Below are positions 7,256-13,663 of a DNA stretch of 13,663 nt, piece by piece. The position numbers were made by a program, and so were the translations under genes. The notes below the pieces were generated by a model that searched no databases, was not told the origin of the DNA, and saw only the letters and a program-made list of their open reading frames with translations. Origin of the DNA: Promethearchaeota archaeon (GTDB lineage Archaea; Asgardarchaeota; Lokiarchaeia; Sigyniarchaeales; SOKP01); assembly GCA_016839745.1 (NCBI GenBank), contig JAEOTS010000159.1, positions 1-13,663 of the forward strand. Direction: 5' to 3'. Numbering within the stretch: the first letter of the stretch is position 1; each line of letters opens with the position of its first letter.

Positions 7256-8392
7256 ATGAGTGATTTTGTAAAGTTTGGAATAATAGGAGCGGGTTCTGCT
7301 GTTTGGCGCTATCATAAGTTAGGCACCAAAAATAATCCACAAGTCAAATTTATTTCGGGATACGACATTAACGAGAAGAAATTAGCTAAAGCTGCTAAAT
7401 ATTCAAAGTTAGAACCTTTTTCGAAGTTAGATGATTTTTTAAAAAGTGATATTGATGCTGTTATGGTTTTAGTACCACACTATCTACACAGTGATATAGT
7501 TATTGCTGTAGCTGAGGCTGGAAAACATGTTATCTGTGAAAAACCTATGGCGACCACGCTTGAGGAATGTGATGAGATGATCGCAGCAACAAAAAAAGCT
7601 GGTATAAAATTTATGATTGCGGAGAATCATCGATTCCTACCGGCTCATCAATTTATAAAAGATGCCTTAGAGCGTGGATTCATAGGAGATGTATTTCTTG
7701 GGCGAACTTACGAAGGTGCCTATGCTAGTTCACAATTTTTTGACATTAATGATTGGAGTTTCACTTATTCTAAAGGAGGTGGTGGTGTAGTTTCAGATCA
7801 AGGAGTTCACAAATTTACTATGCTGAATTGGTTTCTTGGTGAGGTAGATTCAGCTCAATGTTGGTTAAGTAAAACTTTGAAATCTCCCCCCAATAAAGGA
7901 GAAGATACTGCCATAATTCTATTGCGCTATAAATGTGGAGCTACTGTGACTGTTGATATTTCCTCTAGTACAGTGCATCCGCTTACGAATAAAACAGAAT
8001 TGCATGGAACTAAGGGTACTATTTTTGAAGATCATGATTGGGAAAGACCAGTTAAACTATTTTCGTCACATCCTGAGGCTGAGGTTAAGGGAGAGTTTTA
8101 TAGTCCGAAAATTGAACATGGACCATTTCCTGACTATTATAAAATTTCTATGGGTCATGAAGATGCATATTTTGCTGAATGTATTTTAGAAGATAAGAAA
8201 CCAGAATTTACACCAGAAGAGGCAAGGCAAGGTGTTGCAGTGGTTCTCTTAGCATATCTATCTGCCAAAAACGGAAGAATGACTTCGATGGATGAATTAA
8301 TGGAAATTTATAAAAAAGAAGGTACAAGAAGCATATTAGAAGGACTTGGAGAAGTAACACAAAAAAATTATGAAAATCTAAATTGGGATTAA
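7256..8392 (+). CDS. Gfo/Idh/MocA-family NAD(P)-dependent oxidoreductase
   Basis: FGIIGAG, VPHYLH, AGKHVICEKPMA, GGGVVSDQGVH; GGAG RBS upstream. Confidence 0.92.
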   Translation: MSDFVKFGIIGAGSAVWRYHKLGTKNNPQVKFISGYDINEKKLAKAAKYSKLEPFSKLDDFLKSDIDAVMVLVPHYLHSDIVIAVAEAGKHVICEKPMATTLEECDEMIAATKKAGIKFMIAENHRFLPAHQFIKDALERGFIGDVFLGRTYEGAYASSQFFDINDWSFTYSKGGGGVVSDQGVHKFTMLNWFLGEVDSAQCWLSKTLKSPPNKGEDTAIILLRYKCGATVTVDISSSTVHPLTNKTELHGTKGTIFEDHDWERPVKLFSSHPEAEVKGEFYSPKIEHGPFPDYYKISMGHEDAYFAECILEDKKPEFTPEEARQGVAVVLLAYLSAKNGRMTSMDELMEIYKKEGTRSILEGLGEVTQKNYENLNWD

Positions 8393-8489
8393 AAAATAAT
8401 AATAGAATCTTTTTTTCTTTTTAATAATATAATTCTATTCCTATAATTGACTAAGTAGTTAAAGAATATGTTAATTGTTTAAAATAAAT

Positions 8490-10421
8490 TTAAATTTGTG
8501 TAATTTTTACTGTATGGATTCCATCTTCTTTAATAGTTATAGATACTAATTGATTTTCTTTATCTTTTTCTATTTCACCCTCAGAAATACTTATATCATA
8601 ACCGTTTGGATATTGAATTCTTGGAACAAAAAGAATTGTTGAAGCTTTTATAGAAGTATCGCCATCAAACTTAAAATAAAAGCATCCCTCCTTTATATCA
8701 AATTCCATTTTTAATGGGATCCCTGTACATCGAATGAAATGTGGGCGGCAGAAGCCCTTAATTGCTCTTCCACCACTATTTATATCATCTGGATCAACTT
8801 GTTGATCTTTACTAAAAATTGATAAATCTTCCAAATTCCACAAATCTCCCCATTCGTTAATATTATCTGCAGTATAATTCCATTGTAATGCATGTAATAA
8901 ATTAGCATCTAATGCATTATAATAATTGTTTAGTGCTTTTGTATGTGTTTTCCAAGCTTCATCTGGTTCAGTTTTTAACTTCTCATAAGCTTCTTTTTTA
9001 TTTAAATCATAAGGCAGTCCAAATTCTCCGATTATTGTTGGAATTCCTCCAAAAAAAGAAGTAGAGTAATCTTTAATATTTAATAATTGTGAGATAAACA
9101 TTTGTTGTACATTTTTTTTACCAATAACTGGATTTCCTGTAATAAGATTATAATTAGCTTTAAGCATTGCTCTTTTCGTACCAGTCGTAGCTACATCGTA
9201 CCAGTGGGCAGCATGTGCGCTATTAGGCGGTATTTCTAATTCAAATAACTCTCCTTTCATCACCCTTTCCATAGGTCCTGTAAAAAATATTATTGCTTTT
9301 GAAAATTCACTTCGGATAGCTTCAGTATAGCTTTTTAGGAAAGGAGACAAATAATCTCTATAAAAATCAATTTTTTCTCCATTTTTATAAATGAAATAGT
9401 CGTTTTTCAAAATTTTTGGATTTCCGTCCTTATCTAATCCCCATACACCTTCTTTTTTCCAGATATCTTCAAATCCTTCTAACCAACATGATATTTTCAT
9501 CTGATTTAGCTCTTCTTTTCTAGTTTCTTTAATACCAAATCTCTTAACTTCTTGATATCCAATAGTTCTATTATATCCTGCTCCAGTAAGCATAGCATCT
9601 ATTGGTGTAAAGACATAGCCTATTACTTCAGATTTTCCTTCCCATTCACTTCCATCTACAAATCTGCCAATCCAACCTTCGGGTGGTTCATTTAATATAT
9701 CAAATCCTAATATATATGGATTATCTTTTATCCTTATGGCTATTTGCTTTATTGTATCAATAAAATGGTTTTGTAAGTAATCCTGAGCGTTAATTCCATC
9801 AACCATACATGAAGGAGCAAATTGTTTTCCCCCAAAGAATAAAGTCCACATCATTCCATTCGCAAATCTATAAGTATTCCCCATCCAATGCATTGGAAGA
9901 TATTTTGTAAGGTCATCAGGGTCATATCTGTGTTGCATTACAAATGCTGCCTCTGAGCTTTCAAATTTAGTATAATCTAAACCAACTTTTTCAAATGTCC
10001 AACCAGGGGCTCCATCTCCTCCTGTCATCCTACTCCAAACATCTTGATGAGGATCTATAAATATGTAAAAGCTATATTCTCCAGCAATCTTTAAAATTTC
10101 TTCTAAATAATCAAGATATTCTTTATCATATTTTTTTGGTCCACTATGTTCAATTGCTTCCCATGTAACTAAAAATCTTAGACAATTAAAGCCCCAGTGT
10201 TTTAATCGTGAAAAATGTTTATCTGCATCTTTTAAAGGGAATGGACGACCAACAAAAGAAACATTTTTGTGATCACTAAAATCAGTTTTTATGTGTGTTG
10301 CCCCATTGGGAGAATAAGGGATTTTTGAGCTTCCTCCCAAATTTACACCTCTAAGTAGTACTGTTCGACCTTTTTCATCAACAAACCGCTCATTATAAAT
10401 TCTCAATGTCATTTGAATCAA
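8490..10421 (-). CDS. Glycoside hydrolase family 5, endoglycoceramidase-related (EGCrP / steryl-beta-glucosidase-like), with C-terminal beta-sandwich
   Basis: LRGVNLGGSSKIP, FVGRPFPL, WGFNCLRFLVTWEAIEH, IDPHQDVWSRMTGGDGAPGW, acid/base NEP, nucleophile IIGEFG, WNLEDLSIFS, GGRA. No signal peptide evident. Confidence 0.9.
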   Translation of the reverse strand: MIQMTLRIYNERFVDEKGRTVLLRGVNLGGSSKIPYSPNGATHIKTDFSDHKNVSFVGRPFPLKDADKHFSRLKHWGFNCLRFLVTWEAIEHSGPKKYDKEYLDYLEEILKIAGEYSFYIFIDPHQDVWSRMTGGDGAPGWTFEKVGLDYTKFESSEAAFVMQHRYDPDDLTKYLPMHWMGNTYRFANGMMWTLFFGGKQFAPSCMVDGINAQDYLQNHFIDTIKQIAIRIKDNPYILGFDILNEPPEGWIGRFVDGSEWEGKSEVIGYVFTPIDAMLTGAGYNRTIGYQEVKRFGIKETRKEELNQMKISCWLEGFEDIWKKEGVWGLDKDGNPKILKNDYFIYKNGEKIDFYRDYLSPFLKSYTEAIRSEFSKAIIFFTGPMERVMKGELFELEIPPNSAHAAHWYDVATTGTKRAMLKANYNLITGNPVIGKKNVQQMFISQLLNIKDYSTSFFGGIPTIIGEFGLPYDLNKKEAYEKLKTEPDEAWKTHTKALNNYYNALDANLLHALQWNYTADNINEWGDLWNLEDLSIFSKDQQVDPDDINSGGRAIKGFCRPHFIRCTGIPLKMEFDIKEGCFYFKFDGDTSIKASTILFVPRIQYPNGYDISISEGEIEKDKENQLVSITIKEDGIHTVKITQI

Positions 10422-10468
10422 ATTAGTATTAATTCTATTTAAGAGTTCTTATCAGTAAATTACTCTCT

Positions 10469-10489
10469 TTTCATTAAAGTTTTATGAAA
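10469..10489. promoter_or_regulatory. Near-perfect 21-bp palindrome between the divergent GH5 and SDR genes
   Basis: TTTCATTAAA-G-TTTTATGAAA, 9/10 arm positions complementary. Confidence 0.35.
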
Positions 10490-10567
10490 TAAAAATCAAA
10501 TTATATTTAACTTTTATAATTTTTATCCACATCTATTCTAAATTTAATCTAACAATGATAAAAAAAA

Positions 10568-11317
10568 ATGAAACTAAAAGGGAAGGTTGCTATAATAACG
10601 GGAGCTGGAGCAGGTATTGGTGAAGCAACTGCTCTTCTTTTTGCGAAAGAAGGTGCAAAAATTTGTTGTAATTCATTAACCGAGTCAGCTAAGAATGTCG
10701 TAGGAAAAATTAAATCCTCCGGAGAAGATGCAATATTTGTTCAAGCAGATATTTCTGTGGAAGAGGAAGCGAATCGTATAATTGAAAAAACCATAGAATT
10801 TTATGGCAAAATTGATATTTTGTTTAATAATGCAGGAATTGTACTTGGTGGAGCAATCGATACAATGTCTACAGAAGACTGGGATAGAACTATGGCTGTC
10901 AATGTACGTGGTATATACTTGGTAACGAAATACGCGATTCCCTATTTACGAAAAACGCGAGGTGTAATTATAAATAATTCTTCTTCAGTTGCATTTAAAG
11001 GTGTAAAAGATAGAGCTGCATACACAGCGTCAAAAGGAGCAGTTCTATCAATGACTAGAGCTATGGCTGCAGATTATCTTGAAGATAAAATCAGAGTAAA
11101 TGCAATATGTCCTGGAACTACAGATACACTATCATTGACAGAAAGGATTAAAAGTAGGGGAGGAAATTTTGAAAAAGTAAGGCAACAGTATATCAGTCGC
11201 CAGAGATTAGGAAGGCTTGGAACACCTGAAGAAATAGCAGAAGGAGTACTATTTCTTACTGTGAATGAATTCTGTACCGGTGTAAGCCTCTTAGTTGATG
11301 GAGGTATGACAATGTAA
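10568..11317 (+). CDS. Short-chain dehydrogenase/reductase, resembling the BDH2 / 2-keto-3-deoxy-L-fuconate dehydrogenase group
   Basis: TGAGAGIG, NNAG, YTASK. C-terminal NAICPGTTDTLSLTERI...RQQYISRQRLGRLGTPEEIA resembles BDH2/KDF dehydrogenases; the subfamily call is less certain than the SDR call. Confidence 0.9.
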   Translation: MKLKGKVAIITGAGAGIGEATALLFAKEGAKICCNSLTESAKNVVGKIKSSGEDAIFVQADISVEEEANRIIEKTIEFYGKIDILFNNAGIVLGGAIDTMSTEDWDRTMAVNVRGIYLVTKYAIPYLRKTRGVIINNSSSVAFKGVKDRAAYTASKGAVLSMTRAMAADYLEDKIRVNAICPGTTDTLSLTERIKSRGGNFEKVRQQYISRQRLGRLGTPEEIAEGVLFLTVNEFCTGVSLLVDGGMTM

Positions 11318-11360
11318 TAATTAAATAAGTAAAATTATTTTGAAATCTGGAGTGATAAAT

Positions 11361-11658
11361 ATGGTTAAACATATAGGGATTGTTGCTTGCAGTGCAGAAG
11401 CTTAGGAAAAGTTGTTTAAATACAGGCACCCATAGATAATGATAGAATAATATTTGAAGAGTTAATAGTATCTTTTCAGAAGAATCTCGGTGAGTTTATA
11501 ACAAAGTTATACAAAAGTTAGAAAAGAATGGTTGTAATGCTATTGTTCTTGGTTGTACGGAAATTCCTTTACTCATAGATCCGAATGATTGTTCATTACC
11601 TATTTTAGATTTTGCTAGATTACTTGCAAGTGCAGCAATTAAAAAGGCTATCGAATAA
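11361..11658 (+). pseudogene. Aspartate/glutamate racemase family pseudogene (large internal deletion, stops, frameshift)
   Basis: GGAGTGA RBS then MVKHIGIVACSAEA* (TAG 11403). Later DRIIFEEL, a frameshift, then VNSIFSEESR*VYNKVIQKLEKNGCNAIVLGCTEIPLLIDPNDCSLPILDFARLLASAAIKKAIE*. LGCTEIP is the racemase second catalytic Cys motif. Confidence 0.85.
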
Positions 11659-11675
11659 AAAATAAAAAAAGATTA

Positions 11676-12452
11676 TTATTGAGTTGTCCAGCCACCATCA
11701 ATTCTTAGATCTGCACCCGTTATGTAGGAAGATTCATCCGTCGCTAAATAGAGTATTCCCGTAGCTATTTCTTCTGGTGTTGCCCAACGTCCCATTACAC
11801 CTTCTTGTTCAAATTCTTTTTTAACTTCTTCATATGTTACCCCTCTATCTCTCGCTTGTTTCGCAACATCACCTTGTAGCATTGGTGTGTCTGTAGCACC
11901 AGGACTTACACTATTCACCCGAACATTATAAGGTGCCAAATCTAACGCTAAGGCTCTTGTATAACCTAGCACACCTGCTTTTGTGGAACAATAATTAGCA
12001 TGGGCAACTTGACCAATATGAGCAGCTACAGAAGCTAATGTAATTATAGACCCTGATTTTTGCTTTTTAAAATATGGTACAGCATATTTACATGTATAAT
12101 GAGTTCCTTTTAGATTAACGTTAATCAATAAATCATAATCTTCATCTGGAAAAGTTTCTATTGGTCCAACTCGTACCACTCCCGCATTTACAATTAAAAC
12201 ATCAATTCTTCCATATTTTTCAATAGTTGAATCGATCATATTCTTAACTTCGTCTGGATTCCTTACATCTACTTTCATGATAGTGGTTTTATCTTTTCTA
12301 TCTTCAATCAATTCAAGAGTTTCTTTTAAGCCTTCTTCACTTATATCTGAGAGGATTTGAATTGCACCTTCTTTCGCAAATAAGATTGCGGTAGATCTTC
12401 CAATTCCGGAAGCAGCTCCAGTTAATACAACAATTTTATCTTTAACTCTCAA
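11676..12452 (-). CDS. Short-chain dehydrogenase/reductase (probably NAD-preferring)
   Basis: TGAASGIG, Asp after beta-2 (LSDIS), VNAG, YCSTK, VNSVSPGATDT, DGG. TTG start with GGGAG RBS. Confidence 0.92.
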   Translation of the reverse strand: MRVKDKIVVLTGAASGIGRSTAILFAKEGAIQILSDISEEGLKETLELIEDRKDKTTIMKVDVRNPDEVKNMIDSTIEKYGRIDVLIVNAGVVRVGPIETFPDEDYDLLINVNLKGTHYTCKYAVPYFKKQKSGSIITLASVAAHIGQVAHANYCSTKAGVLGYTRALALDLAPYNVRVNSVSPGATDTPMLQGDVAKQARDRGVTYEEVKKEFEQEGVMGRWATPEEIATGILYLATDESSYITGADLRIDGGWTTQ

Positions 12453-12547
12453 TCTAGCTCCCTTTTTTATAAAATGTTAAAATTTTATATATTTCTTATC
12501 TAATAAATGATCCGATATAAACAGATTTCATAATAAAAATTTAATTC

Positions 12548-12643
12548 TTAAATATAATCATAATATTCCTCAGTGATTTCTGGATCATCCAACTTTTTTG
12601 CCCATTTTCCTAATGCTTGTTTTAATTCTTTTGCAGTTATCAT
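12548..12643 (-). pseudogene. Truncated paralog of the SCP2 gene (31 aa)
   Basis: GAGGTG RBS plus MITAKELKQALGKWAKKLDDPEITEEYYDYI*; 16/31 identical to the N-terminus of the SCP2 at 5561 (MATPEEIKEALNKWVKVLDDPEIADEFEGFN). Confidence 0.8.
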
Positions 12644-12717
12644 CTATTTTCACCTCAAAAGAATTAAATTTACGAATGTCTAAAGCCCTGTGAAGATAAT
12701 TTTTGGCGATGGTATCC

Positions 12718-13353
12718 TTATCCAATTTCTGAATGAATTAATGAGATTGCCGTTTTGGTTAATTTTTTAATCTCCTCAAATTGTCCAGTAGAAATCAAAT
12801 CTTTTTTTACTATCCAACTTCCTCCACACGCAAGAACATTACTTAGTTTCAAATAATCAATTAAAGAATCAATATTTATTCCACCAGTTGGTACAAATCT
12901 CATTTCTGGATATGGTCCTGCCAAACTTTTAAGCATCATAGTTCCTCCAGAAAGATTAGCTGGGAAAAATTTAACGATTTTTAAACCTTTATCAAGCGCC
13001 CATTCCACTATTGTAGGTGTATTAACGCCGGGAATAATAGGAATTTTGTTAATTATACAATAATCAACAATTTTCGGATTAAATCCTGGTGTAACAATAA
13101 ATTTTGCTCCTGTCTTTATAGCATCCTTCACTTGATCAACTTTTAGAACTGTACCCGCTCCTACTAATATATCTGGTAATTCAATAGTTAATCTCTTAAT
13201 AGATTCTGTCGTAGCTTCAGTTCTAAATGTTACTTCAATGATAGGAAGTCCTGCTTCAATTAGTGCTTTCCCTAAAGGAACTGCATCATCCACGCTATTT
13301 ATAACTGCAACAGGTATAAGTTTTAATTCTTTTATTCTTTTATAAACATCCAT
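12718..13353 (-). CDS. eda: KDPG/KHG aldolase (bacterial-type class I)
   Basis: IEVTFRT (catalytic Glu/Arg), VGAGTVL, GAKFIVTPG, VKFFPA (Schiff-base Lys), FVPTGGI, ACGGSW. Confidence 0.95.
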   Translation of the reverse strand: MDVYKRIKELKLIPVAVINSVDDAVPLGKALIEAGLPIIEVTFRTEATTESIKRLTIELPDILVGAGTVLKVDQVKDAIKTGAKFIVTPGFNPKIVDYCIINKIPIIPGVNTPTIVEWALDKGLKIVKFFPANLSGGTMMLKSLAGPYPEMRFVPTGGINIDSLIDYLKLSNVLACGGSWIVKKDLISTGQFEEIKKLTKTAISLIHSEIG

Positions 13354-13517
13354 TTTTTGACAATACCTCCTTGAGCATGAAATGTATTAGATTCTTTGAG
13401 GCTCTCCTTAGTAATTAAAACTATTTCTTGATCTGGTATTATTTTTGCTAGTTTTATTGCCAATGATAATCCGGAGATACCTCCTCCGACTAGTAAAATA
13501 TTTGTCTTAATTTTCAA
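13332..13517 (-). pseudogene. nadB: Truncated duplicate of the nadB 5' end (52 NadB codons plus a 9-residue unrelated tail overlapping the eda start)
   Basis: 46/52 aa identical to the nadB starting at 1225. Homology stops abruptly after AQGGI at 13361. Confidence 0.9.
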
Positions 13518-13603
13518 AGAACTCCTATGGTCTCCAATTTTTTCATATTAATATTTAAATTAATATCCTAAATATAAATGACAATTAATAATTTTTTCTT
13601 AAA
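13361..13603. repeat. Direct repeat copy 2 (nadB 5' end plus upstream region)
   Basis: Same orientation as 1069..1309, offset 12,292-12,294 bp. Confidence 0.95.
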
Positions 13604-13663
13604 GTGATTAATTAAATAAGTATTATCCCTTTTAGAAATTAACGATATCTTTTTTAATATTTC

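Larger units (their letters stand above)
1069..13603. mobile_element. Putative metabolic island bounded by nadB 5'-end direct repeats (no mobility gene seen)
   Basis: Direct repeats flank a functionally coherent catabolic cluster containing many gene remnants. No integrase or transposase lies within, so mobility is inferred only. Confidence 0.5.

Noticed and set aside
7953-8189. 78-aa alternative-frame ORF
   Set aside because: Nested out of frame in the Gfo/Idh/MocA gene; no independent support.
8401-8439. AATAGAAT...ATTCTATT inverted repeat around a T-tract between convergent genes
   Set aside because: An AT-only stem with a long loop; plausible termination region but not distinguishable from background.
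12660-12716. Minus-strand frame DTIAKNYLHRALDIRKFNS after eda, vaguely TPR-like
   Set aside because: Too short to assign; may be another remnant but cannot be supported.
13332-13517. 61-aa ORF as an independent functional FAD enzyme
   Set aside because: Only the first 52 residues of NadB, too short to form the enzyme; treated as a truncated duplicate or leader.
1-13663. CRISPR array, tRNA/rRNA, IS element, integrase
   Set aside because: No regularly spaced repeats, structured GC-rich RNA segments, terminal inverted repeats or recombinase motifs were seen by eye.

Overview
AT-rich window (roughly 30% GC by eye), probably archaeal and plausibly Lokiarchaeia/Asgard. That assignment is inferred from BRE/TATA-like promoters, GAGGTG/GGAG ribosome-binding sites, frequent TTG/GTG starts, a stand-alone SCP2 protein and a TPR remnant. 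The left edge holds the 5' ~408 codons of nadB (L-aspartate oxidase, minus strand), which the ORF track missed because it runs off the window. A ~12.3-kb catabolic cluster follows: kdgK, BKACE/DUF849, a NIPA-like DMT transporter, a PIG-L deacetylase, SCP2, an M24 hydrolase, a Gfo/Idh/MocA oxidoreductase, an EGCrP-like GH5, two SDRs and eda. The cluster is bracketed by a ~240-bp direct repeat made of the nadB promoter plus its first 52 codons (91% identical in the coding part), with no integrase or transposase. The right-hand copy breaks at the nadB Q-G-G codons, whose AGGAGGT now sits as a Shine-Dalgarno-like site in front of eda. Four intergenic gaps hold decayed genes (TPR, SDR, Asp/Glu racemase, second SCP2). 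The best candidate for an undescribed system is a nadB-bracketed glycolipid/steryl-glycoside and sugar-acid catabolic island coupling a KdgK/Eda branch with a beta-keto-acid cleavage enzyme.
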